Positions 12,951 through 24,870 of a stretch of DNA of 64,000 nucleotides are shown one piece after another. Location of the stretch: the NCBI GenBank assembly GCA_002269645.1, contig NIVC01002952.1, positions 1 to 64,000 of the forward strand, given 5' to 3'. How positions within the stretch are numbered: position 1 is the stretch's first letter; every line of letters starts with the position of its first letter. This stretch comes from Macrostomum lignano. Lineage: Eukaryota. Under the pieces are notes generated by a model. The model did no database searches, had not been told where the DNA came from, and was given only the letters and a program-made list of their open reading frames with translations. The position numbers and the translations under genes are program-made.

Positions 12951-13371
12951 CGGCTAAGCCGCATCATTGAAGCTCCAGTGTAATGCTTATCTATATTCTG
13001 ACATGAAAATGAGAGTCCTTTTTAGTAGCACACGCGCAGATTGAACTGCTCCACGGCAGTTTATTGCATGGAAATTCCGGGCAGATCAGAGTCGCCGCAA
13101 CGTGTCAGTCTTGATTGACATGCTTGACCATCCATTGAGTTTTATGGCTTTGATGGTGAAGCTGAGAATTCGCGTACAGTGGGAAACTCCGACTGCACCA
13201 GCCGCTCTGCTTGTACGAGTACTAAGCCAATGAGCGGCTGCACTTTCTTAGCTTGCTTCAGCTTTGCTGCATCCTCCGCGTCTTCTTCTCCAGCTCTGCT
13301 TGACTCTCCCGCTCTGAGCCCTCTCCCGATGCTACACTGAAACTCGCTGTATGCAGCTCCCACATTTTATC

Positions 13372-13833
13372 ACACTCTCTCCCAGTCTCACCCTCTCTAT
13401 CTCAGTCTCACCCTCTCCCAGTCTCACCCTCTCCCAGTCTCACCCTCTCTCTATCTCAGTCTCACCCTCTCCCAGTCTCACCCTCTCCCAGTCTCACCCT
13501 CTCCCAGTCTCACCCTCTCCCAGCCTCACCCTCTCCCAGTCTCACCCTCTCCCAGTCTCACCCTCTCTCTATCTCAGTCTCACCCTCTCCCAGTCTCACC
13601 CTCTCCCAGTCTCACCCTCTCCCAGTCTCACCCTCTCCCAGCCTCACCCTCTCCCAGTCTCACCCTCTCCCAGTCTCACCCTCTCCCAGTCTCACCCTCT
13701 CCCAGTCTTACCCTCTCCCAGTCTCACCCTCTCCCAGTCTCACCCTCTCCCAGTCTCACCCTCTCCCAGTCTTACCCTCTCCCAGTCTCACCCTCTCTCA
13801 GTCTCACCCTCTCCCAGTCTCACCCTCTCCCAG
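13372..13833. repeat. 16-bp minisatellite (CAGTCTCACCCTCTCC)n
   Basis: Directly visible tandem unit. Confidence 0.93.
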
Positions 13834-14085
13834 TATCGCTCTCTCTTACAGTCTTCGATTTTAATGCACTATTATGCTCGCAAGGGTTCCTATTAACCTA
13901 AAAGCTATCGATCAGTTCTAGTGGAAGTAGAACCAGACTATTTCCTTGAATACAAACTGACACTGCTGAAGTGCACTTGAGAGCCTGTCTTAGGCAGAAC
14001 CACAGAAGATTTTCTTTGAGTAAACTTCCGTGAGTTTTCTATTAAATAAATATGCTTATTGATCTATTTATGTATCAAATTACAG

Positions 14086-14300
<215 letters not shown>

Positions 14301-14863
14301 TTCAGTAAAGAGAGCCCGGGAAAGTGCAGTCGAGAGTCAGCAGGGGAATCGATGGCGGCGCCGGGCAAGTCATAAATTCATAACTCCCTAAAACTGCAGC
14401 AACTCATTGTCCATCTTTCTCTCCCGCAAAATCGTGCCTCTGGCAGCTACCACGAGAGGCTGATTGGGGCAGATGGTCAGGCACAGAGAGAGGCAGCAGC
14501 ATGGACTCCGTTGCCTGAGGCAACAAGCAGAACCGCGGACGCCCACAGCCTCCGGAGCTCAGTTTTTGCATTCTCTTTTTATTTTTTCACTCATCTTGGC
14601 CGCGCGCGAAGGAAGGGGAAGAGGAGACAGACTGGCCTGCGAGGTGAGTAAAAAGAGTAAAGAATACTCGTACACAACACAGGTAGTCAGTCAGCCAACC
14701 TTTTAGCTAAGTCCCTTTACCCAGATCTGCATCATGTAGCTAACTGTGGTACACACGTGAACTTGTTTGAGCAGGCTGGGGTTCTCGCGAAGTCAAAGTT
14801 TTGTTTAAACTGTTAAACATCGGTTTAATTTGGCTGCTCCTCCGACAATGTCAACTCTGGATT

Positions 14864-15498
14864 TGACAAGACTGTCTGACAATATCTGACAAGACTGTCT
14901 GACAATATCTGACAAGACTGTCTGACAATATCTGACAAGACTATCTAACAATTTCTGACAAGACTGTCTGACAATATCTGACAAGACTGTCTGACAATAT
15001 CTGACAAGACTGTCTGACAATATCTGACAAGACTGTCTGACAATATCTGACAAGACTGTCTGACAATATCTGACAAGACTGTCTGACAATATCTGACAAG
15101 ACTGTCTGACAATATCTGACAAGACTGTCTGACAATATCTGACAAGACTGTCTGACAATATCTGACAAGACTGTCTAACAATTTCTGACAAGACTGTCTA
15201 ACAATTTCTGACAAGACTGTCTGACAATATCTGACAAGACTGTCTGACAATATCTGACAAGACTGTCTGACAATATCTGACAAGACTGTCTGACAATATC
15301 TGACAAGACTGTCTGACAATATCTGACAAGACTGTCTGACAATATCTGACAAGACTGTCTGACAATATCTGACAAGACTGTCTGACAATATCTGACAAGA
15401 CTGTCTGACAATATCTGACAAGACTGTCTGACAATACCTGACAAGACTGTCTGACAATTTCTGACAAGACTGTCTGACAATATCTGACAAGACTGTCT
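14864..15498. repeat. 23-bp minisatellite (TGACAAGACTGTCTGACAATATC)n, ~27 copies
   Basis: Period 23 (AATATCTGAC at 14881 and 14904). Confidence 0.95.
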
Positions 15499-15592
15499 GG
15501 ATTTATCCGACAACACAAACCAAAAGTACAAGTGCAGCCTGTGACTGCAATGAAATTATTCTTGTCCAACTCTTTAAAATTGAATAATAAAT

Positions 15593-15695
<103 letters not shown>

Positions 15696-15924
15696 AACAA
15701 GAAGGATTAGACTCTGTCCGGATGCGGAACAGAGGCTGGATGCTGTCACAATTCTGCCAGCCAATAAAAGCCTGTCTCTCCAAGGCTATGAGCTCAAAGG
15801 GGATTAGAAGAAGACAGAGCAATGGGAAAATTTTGCTTGGGCAAAAAGCTCTATAAAATTCCCCACAACAATCATTAGCGGCAACATCAATCCTTTTCGA
15901 CATCCTGCCGCCAGTCAGCAGCAA

Positions 15925-16401
15925 ATGTCATCGACTGTCACCACGGAGTCGCCGGCGCCTCCAGCCAGTCCGCCTGTCTGGATCGCCCACGTGGCGCTGT
16001 CGGTGATTCTCGTCTGTTTGCTCGTGGCGTCGTTTCTCAGCTACCGGTCGAAACGGCGCAGGTCGGTCTGCCAGGTTCACGATTACAGCAGCGGTGGGGG
16101 CTGTTGCTGCTTCCGCCGGCTCTGCCGCTGCTGCACCAGCGCCGTCGGTGGCAGCGGCGTCGGCGGCCGGCCGAGCATCGAGATCAGCAGCGGCAGCGCC
16201 GCCGGAACAGCATCGTCGTCAACAACTTTTGGCGGCGCGTCGGCGTTGTCGGCGAACACGCCAGCGCCGGCGTCGGCAAGTCTGGCGATGCGCGGCTTCC
16301 GCAGCTCACCGAGATCCGTCAGCTACGCCAGCAGGGCCGCCTCGGCGGGCGGCGGCGGCGGAAGGCCGTCAACTGGACTGCGGGCCGACTACGGGTTTTG
16401 A
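15925..16401 (+). CDS. Predicted small single-pass membrane protein (158 aa), unknown family
   Basis: ATG-started GC-rich ORF between repeats; one hydrophobic segment (VWIAHVALSVILVCLLVASFLSY), then a basic stop-transfer RSKRRR and a Cys cluster CCCFRRLCRCC. A possible 5' UTR exon ends at GAG|GTGAGT near 14643. Confidence 0.6.
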   Translation: MSSTVTTESPAPPASPPVWIAHVALSVILVCLLVASFLSYRSKRRRSVCQVHDYSSGGGCCCFRRLCRCCTSAVGGSGVGGRPSIEISSGSAAGTASSSTTFGGASALSANTPAPASASLAMRGFRSSPRSVSYASRAASAGGGGGRPSTGLRADYGF

Positions 16402-16419
16402 AACTTGATGGCTTACATG

Positions 16420-16423
<4 letters not shown>

Positions 16424-16483
<60 letters not shown>

Positions 16484-16575
16484 ATTGATTGGTTGATTTG
16501 CTGATTGATTGATTGGTTAATTGATTGGTTTATTGATTTATTGATTGTTGATTGACTGATTGGTTGATTGATTCA
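16424..16575. repeat. (GATT)n microsatellite
   Basis: Directly visible. Confidence 0.92.
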
Positions 16576-16765
16576 TTAGTTGTTTATTCACCTGCTTTTT
16601 GATTGCCCGATTAAAATTGATGATTCTCCGGTCTATGATTTGACTGTTTTTCCGAGTACTTTTTTACGATGTACTCGTATTTATGATTATGTATTTTTAT
16701 GTTTGATAAACTCATCTTGCTTATTGCTCAGTCAGTGAAGATTTTTGTTTTGAATATTGTCATGT

Positions 16766-17149
16766 GGGGGAGCCCAGTCTCCATCACCTGGGGAAGCCCA
16801 GTCTTCATCACCTGGGGAAGCCCAGTCTCCATCACCTGGGGAAGCCCCCAGTCTTCATCACCTGGGGAAGCCCCCAGTCTCCATCACCTGGGGAAGCCCC
16901 CAGTCTCCATCACCTGGGGAAGCCCAGTCTCCATCACCTGGGGAAGCCCCCAGTCTCCATCACCTGGGGAAGCCCCCAGTCTCCATCACCTGGGGAAGCC
17001 CAGTCTCCATCACCTGGGGAAGCCCAGTCTTCATCACCTGGGGAAGCCCAGTCTTCATCACCTGGGGAAGCCCAGTCTCCATCACCTGGGGAAGCCCAGT
17101 CTCCATCACCTGGGGAAGCCCAGTCTCCATCACCTGGGGAAGCCCAGTC
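16766..17149. repeat. 24/26-bp minisatellite (GGGGAAGCCC[CC]AGTCTCCATCACCT)n
   Basis: Visible tandem unit with two length variants. Confidence 0.93.
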
Positions 17150-17699
17150 TGACCTGACCAAAGCAATGCTAGTTTTAGCAAACAATTTTCAAGTTTATAA
17201 AGTTTCGTTAGCAGGAAATAATCCTGTCTCGCATTACTAGATATTAAGTCAGAAAAATTAATGGCCTTTAATTAATTTGTACAGCCTTGATCAGCTTCTG
17301 TATATTATATAACTACTAGCAATAAAATATACAAGCACACAAGCACGCAGTATCACGCCGCAGCTCCCCTGCTTTCAGCTTATCAATACAACAATGCTTT
17401 TGATAAAAATTTCAGACAAGTTTTTTCTCTTTTTGTGCCTATTGTGCTGGCTGTCATTCCATAATTGTTTCTGTATTTCTGGCTAGCCTAGCTAGTTTAA
17501 AGAAGGCTAAAATCAATATTATTTTTTATGACTATAAAACAGCCTTAACTGCAAATTCAACTGCTGATAGCACGTAGCAATATACACTCACTGTTTAGCC
17601 AGACAGTAGTGTCTATAGCAAAATCTTTCCGATCTTAATAAAAGCGAAGACAGCCTCTTAAAATCTCTCACTACACTATAGCACTAGCACCTTCGCCAA

Positions 17700-18590
17700 A
17701 CCACACACCACATTATGCCCCCCCCTGAAACCCCACATCATGGCACCCACCCCGAACCCCACACCATGACTCCCACTCCAAACCTCTCACCATCTCATGG
17801 CCACCCCAAATCCCACATCATGGCACCCACCCCAATTCCACACCATGACACCCACCTAAACCCCACACCATGACACCCACCCCAATTCCACACCATGACA
17901 CCCACCTAAACCCCACACCATGACACCCACCCCAATTCCACACCATGACACCCACCCCAAACCCCACACCATGACACCCACCCCAAACCCCACACCATGG
18001 CATCACCCCAAAATCCCACACCATGACACCCACCCCAAACCCCACACCATGACACCCACCCCAAACCCCACACCATGACACCCACTCCAAACCCCACACC
18101 ATGGCACCCACCCCAAACCCCACATCATGGCACCCACCCCAATTCCACACCATGACACCCACCTAAACCTCACACCATGACACCCACCCCAAACCCCACA
18201 CCATGACACCCACCCCAAACCCCACACCATGACACCCACCCCAAACCCCACACCATGACACCCACCCCAAACCCCACACCATGACACCCACCCCAAACCC
18301 CACACCATGACACCCACCCCAAACCCCACACCATGACACCCACCCCAAACCCCACACCATGGCACCCACCCCAAACCCCACACCATGACACCCACCCCAA
18401 ACCCCACACCATGACACCCACCCAAACCCCACACCATGACACCCACCCCAAACCCCACACCATGACACCCACCCAAACCCCACACCATGACACCCACCCA
18501 AACCCCACACCATGACACCCACCCAAACCCCACACCATGACACCCACCCCAAACCCCACACCATGGCACCCACACTATGCCCCACACCAT
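17700..18590. repeat. 25-26-bp C-rich minisatellite (CACACCATGACACCCACCCCAAACCC)n
   Basis: Directly visible tandem unit. Confidence 0.93.
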
Positions 18591-19031
18591 ACTTCACGTG
18601 TCAAACACCAAGATCATGGTCAAAAAGGTATCAGCGCTAGTTATATGCTGATTAAGTCGCATATTAACTTTTAAAGCTAAACTGGTAGGCCAGCAATAAG
18701 CAGAGTGCCCTTATAGCATAGCATAACACTGCAATAAAGATGCTTACATAGAGCTTTCAACATTCATTTCTCTCTCCCTATGCTTCAACCAGCCAGTTAC
18801 CCAGTACACAGGCCACTGCATTCTGTACCGGTATGTACTCTTTTATCTACACTGCGCCGGCTGTTTCTCTGCCCGCAGTGTGCATAAATTATCTCCTATA
18901 TAATTCAAGCATTTGCAAGTATGTTTCTCTCTGGTTAAGTCACAACTGCTGCGAGTGTTCCGCACTGCTATGCAGCTTTGAGCAGCCTGCGATCGCTAAT
19001 AGATTTACTGAGCACAGTTTGCATCTTCCTG

Positions 19032-22000
19032 ATGCAGGGCGCGGACAGGATTCAGCGAGTTGACAGCGAATCTGATTCGCCGTCCACCAGTCAGCAAGAG
19101 TTCCTGTCGGCTGTGGCTACAGGAGACGCGAAAACCCTGCGGCGTTGTGTAGACAACGGAGCGAGCCTCTGCGACACCTTCGACTTCTACCAGATGCGCG
19201 GCTCCCCGCTACAGCTGGCCTGCGCCTTCGGGCAGCTGGCCTCCGTCAAGCTGCTGCTCAGCTTTCGAGCCGACCCGGATCCGCCATCCAATTTAGGCGA
19301 GTCGCCTCTGTTCCTTGCCGCAAAAAACGGTCATCTACAAGTTGTTGACCACCTCATCACACTGCAAGTAGACGTCAACTGTCCGAGCGTCGCCGGCGAG
19401 TCGCCCCTGTTCGCTGCAGCTCAGAATGGCCACCAGAAAGTTGTGCAGTCGCTGATCAGAGCACAAGCCGACGTCAATCTTGGCAATTGCGATGGGGAAT
19501 CGCCAGTTCACATTGCTGTTCGAAACGGTCACATGACAGTGATTGACACCCTCATCAAAGCACAAGCTGACGTCAGTACTCAAGCTAACGATTTCTGCTC
19601 ACCTCTTCACATCGCCTCGCAAATTGGTCATTCGCAGTTTGTTGAGTCATTAATCAGAGCGCTGGCAAATCCCGATCTTCAGACGCAGACAGGCAACTCT
19701 GCCCTACACGTTGCTATTGATAAAGGCCATCTCATGGTAGTTCGCGAACTTCTGAAGGCTCGCTCAGACGTCAATCTAAAAGACAACAGGTTCGGCTCCG
19801 TTCCTCTTCACGTTGCCACCCTGTACGGCAATCTGCCAATGGTGACTGAACTTGTCAAAGCCCATGCCGCCATTGATGCACAAAGAAATAGTGGCGCTAC
19901 AGCTCTCTACATAGCAGCGCAAACTGGCAATCAGCGAGTGCTAGAATTCCTCATCCGAGCACAAGCCGACGTAAATCTTCAGAGGGTCTCGGGAGAATCT
20001 CCTTTGTACGCCGCGTCATTCAACGGGCATACTCGAGTAGTGAGCTCCTTACTTGAAGCCAAAGCCGATGTTAGTCTTCAAGAAAAGAATGACCGCTATT
20101 CGCCGCTTTACATCGCGCTGCAAAACGGTCACGAAGATGTGGGTGAACTGCTGATTAAAGCGCAAGCTGATGTTAACCTGCAGAGCCAGTTTGGCTTGTC
20201 GCCAATTTACATCGCGGCACTGAATTACAGCTTAAAAGCGGTGGAGTCACTCCTCGGAGGGATGGCAGATGTTGATCTTCAGTCTCTCGATGGTGACACA
20301 GCGATTCACGTCGCATCTCAGAACGGCCACAAAGAGATGGTTGACGCGCTCATTCGAGCTCAGGCCAACGTTAATCTTTCCTCGCACAATGGTGAAACAC
20401 CTATTCACTGCGCATCGCACAATGGCCACGCACCGGTAGTGGGCTCGCTTATCAAAGCAGATGCGAGACTAAATCCTCAGAAATACTCTGGTGAAACGCC
20501 GCTACAAGCTGCAGCACTCAACGGCCACTCTGAAGCGGTGAAATTGCTCATCGAAGCCGGAGCAAATGTCAATTTGCAGAGAGCTGGCGGCGAGACTGCT
20601 CTCTACATCGCTGCCAATGGAGGTTACAATCAAATTGTTGACTCGCTGATCAAGGCTCACGCCATTGTAGATTTGCAGCAGGTCACAGGCGAGACGCCGC
20701 TGAACATTGCCTCTCACAATGGTCACCCGAAAGTGGTCGAATTGCTAATCAAAGCTCAAGCAGACGTCAATCTACAAAAAGACGACGGTTGTCCACCGAT
20801 ATTCATCGCGTCGCAGAATGGTTATCACGAAGTGGTTGACCTACTTATTAAAGCCCAAGCGGACGTCAATCTTCAAACAAACGATGGCGAGGCAGCTTTG
20901 CACATTGCATCGTATAAGGGTCATCGACGTGCTGTTGAGTTGCTTATCGAAGCACAAGCTGATGTCGACATTTTGACAAGTTCAGGCTCTTCAGCTTACT
21001 ATTTTGCAATCTTTAGTTCACATCAGGATATAGTGGACTTGCTAGCAACCGCTCAGGCCGATATTGACACCCTTCTTGACGAAAGATTTAAAGTAATCAA
21101 AGTTCCTAACCTTGTAGAGCGACGCTTTGTGGACGAAGCGTCTCTCATTGACGCAGACGGTTTGTCGAATTTAAGCAACGCGTCGGATTTCGACTACGGC
21201 GCTATGTCGGATGTGGAAGAAACAGTGCTAAAATTCGTTCTGAGGTCAAAGAATAGTTCACAGAGTGAGGATTCAGAGGAAATAGATGAGCCTAGTGTTG
21301 AAAAGTGGGTATATACAGGTTATATTGGTTTCTAAATGTTTTCGTATAGCTCGATCGTATCTACGAATAGATGACAAAAACTTGCTTACGATTTCAGTGC
21401 TGTTCCGCCAAGCGATGCCGAGCTCAGCCTGCAGTTGCACGCGAAACTTTCTCAGTCCGGATTCTTAGACACCAGAGCTGCTCTGCAAACCTCAGTTGCG
21501 GACGTACTGCAGAAGATCCTAAGAAAAAGACTAAACAACAATGGAATCTATGTTGTTGGTAGCTACTCAGAAGGCTGGGGAAACAATTTGAAAACGGTGG
21601 ACGGTAGAACGGACATAGAGTCGGACATCGACATGATGCGGCTGATTGCGGGCAAGCTCTACCATCCTAGGGGAGTGTGCAAGTGCGGCGGGGCGGTTGT
21701 TCAGCAAGAGTTCAGCAACGGTCACATTGTGTGCCCCGGATTTGGTAAGAGCTTGGAAATCAACATTCATCAGTAGCATGTAGCACAGGTTCGTCTGCAA
21801 AAAGTGATTGATACAATTTGCATTGCAGCATCGAACCCGTCTGAAGCATCATACGGATCCAATCTGAGACCGGCGGTGGACCACGTGGTCGCCAGTCGTC
21901 TGTGCAGCTACCCGGCCATCGCGCCACTGCTGCCAGATCGAGTGTCCAAGTCCAAAATTCCCAAGCCGGTGCTGCGGTCACTTCAGCAGCACATTGACGC

Positions 22001-23252
22001 TTTTGATACATCGCCCTGTCACGTGGTGCACGCTGCTTCTCCTGGTCGAGGTGGCCATGAGCTTCGGGTGAGCACCAGCTTCCTTGAGAGACTGCTACTG
22101 CGAAGTCTCAACACAGTCCAGGGTCAGATGTTCATCGCACTGAAGTACCTCGTCAAGAAGGTGATAACGCACGAGTCTGGCTACAATGTGAAGGGCGTCA
22201 AGCCGTACCATGTAAAAACCATCACGTTTCGAATGCTGGAGAAAACATCGCCCGAGGAATGGCGGCCAGAAAATCTCGTCAATCTCACAAGACAGTCAAT
22301 GCAGATGCTAGCTGACAGTGTTGAGAGCAGCTGCACTCCTGACAATATTCATGGTCAAGTCCTGAGCCATTTTTTCTTGGACGATGCCGCGTTGTATCTC
22401 AAAGGCGTTGACAACAAAAGAGCCTCAATCGAGTCTACACTGAAAAACATCGCAGACACCCTTAGAACAGTGATTGATCAGCTGCCGTCGCTGCTGATGC
22501 AGTTTAAGAACAGTCTCAAGCCGCTGGATGAGTCGGCCAGATTCTACTTTCATCCATTTCTAATCCTGCCAATTGTAATGTCTAATCCGGTAAGCGATTC
22601 TAGCAGTATCGAATACTGGGAGATTCCGGACGTGATTAACAGCTGTCTGTTGCGCCTTTCCCATGGCATTGTCAACGCGAGCTCGCTAGCGTCACTCACA
22701 GAGCTGATCGCCAGATTGCCAAACTGCGCCCGCTCGGCGCGGGAGGCCCTCAAAGCGCTGGCCTGTCTCAAGTTTGGCAACCGACATGCTGCAGCAAAAG
22801 TCATAGGCGACTGCCGAGGTCACGAGGTGAGCAGAGGTATCGATTGGCCTGCTGAGAGGTCATTGTCTGAGGCTACACCCGAGGCTGTGTGGCAACACCT
22901 ACTGAGCTGTGACTCGGCTTGGAAGTTCTGCTTGCGGTTTGAGCAGCGTCCTCAGCTTCAGTTCGTGACTGGTGCCCTGGCTGAGTGCTTTCCGCTGCAG
23001 ATGGGGCTTAACAGTGTCTCATTTTTCTACATGAACTTCGACGCGCTGCTGTGGGCTCTGCGGCTCGAGCTGGGGACTGAAAGCCAGAATACCGCGGCGG
23101 AATGGATTGAGGATGTGGCTCAACGAGAAGACGCAGACGAGCAGGAGCTGCTGGTGGCTGAGAAGTACTGCAGCCCCGACACCGAGTTGAAGCGAGAGCT
23201 GGACGAGAAGATTCGCCAGCTGCAGCTGAGACAGCTGGCCAGACCGTATTGA
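19032..23252 (+). CDS. Ankyrin-repeat / cGAS-like (Mab-21 family, cGLR-type) nucleotidyltransferase fusion, ~1347 aa, 3 exons
   Basis: Exons 19032-21304, 21398-21744, 21829-23252. Introns: GTGGGT..TTTCAG (93 bp, phase 2) and GTAAGA..TTGCAG (84 bp, phase 1). Total 4044 nt, in frame. About 20 ANK repeats, then NTase motifs VVGSYSEG..SDID (21558-21632), third Asp in AVDHVVA (21879), LRVSTSFLERLLL, KPYHVKTITF, EWRPENL, SHFFLDD. The true start may lie in an upstream exon (acceptor at 19037). Confidence 0.88.
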
Positions 23253-23539
23253 ATTCTTGCGACTCAGCATGCAATTACCTGTTACTTAAAGCGTTTCTAG
23301 AGAACGCACAATGTGAGTGAGTGTGTTCCATCTTCCGAAATGAATGACTACGAAACTCTTTAAGTTAATTGCAGTTGCTCGTTTTTCTTTCTTTCTTCCG
23401 CACACACATCACGGTTTATACTCGGATTTTAGCTGAATGAGCATGCACTATCCAGATGTGACGTAGTCATTGAGCTAATGGGACTAGGCGTGCGTATTAG
23501 TTACGTCGAATATTATATAATTTGATATACTGTCCGTCC

Positions 23540-24023
<484 letters not shown>

Positions 24024-24699
24024 TAGCTGATTTTTTCGTTTGAGTTCGGAGTCATTTGATTTTTAAATAGTTCTGCGTTCATTGCAATTTTATTTTATTT
24101 TATTTTAACAATCCTGACAGAAAATTCGTTTCTGTAATTGCAACCTACGAACACTTTTTCGAGTCGCATTAGGCTTAAAAATGCCTTCGTCGAGCTGAAG
24201 AACGTCAATGCAGTTTGAGAGACAGAGAGTATCCGGTTTTTCGCGAGGGAACCGCGAGTCGTATGCAAATATCATATTTGGCAGAATATTTTTCGTTTTA
24301 GTTCGAAGTTTCTCGATATTTGTATAGTTCTGCATTCGTTACAGTTTTAATTTTTTGGAATCAAGCTGTGATTACTTTTTTATATTGCAATTTGCTTTAA
24401 AACGCCTTACAACACGTACGAGACAGTAACGAAATCACAAAATATATTTATATACCAAACCCCCTAGGAAACTTACGGTGGAGATTCTCAGCTTTACTAG
24501 TATTATATCAGAGCTTTTTGAGACGCGATTGGGCTTTTCTCATGGCCAACAGTAAGTTTTTGCTTATCTGACCTGTACACTTTCTTGTCTTTGTTAGCAG
24601 AACAATTGAGATCACTCTACCGTAAGGTGCCATACTGATGGAGGACGTTTGGACAAGTCTTCCACAAAGCGTGGTCTATTTAGGCGTAAAGTATTTCCA

Positions 24700-24870
24700 T
24701 TCATATTTATCCATTGAGACAGCTGTTCTTCAGAAAGATTATTCGCTGTCTTCCACAATCTCTTTTTCTTAAATCTTTCCAGTCACTGACAGCTGCTCAA
24801 TTCCTCTCTACGTACCTCATGATAAGGCCAAAGAACTCCAACTGCCGTCTCCGGATATTTTCCATTTAAT
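24700..24870 (-). pseudogene. Decayed 3' fragment of an RTE/BovB-like LINE
   Basis: Minus strand reads ENIRRRQLEFFGLIMR, then after frameshifts EQLSVTGKI..GRQRIIFL, matching the post-RT C-terminus typical of RTE-clade ORFs. Confidence 0.6.

Noticed and set aside
13142-13363. 73-aa minus-strand ORF (GEEDAEDAAKLKQAKK)
   Set aside because: Coding-like composition, but no recognisable motif and no linked exons could be built; left unannotated.
18978-21335. Stand-alone 785-aa ankyrin protein as listed in the ORF track
   Set aside because: Its last residues read through a good donor (AA|GTGGGT at 21305), and a phase-matched acceptor leads into the NTase, so the fusion model fits better.
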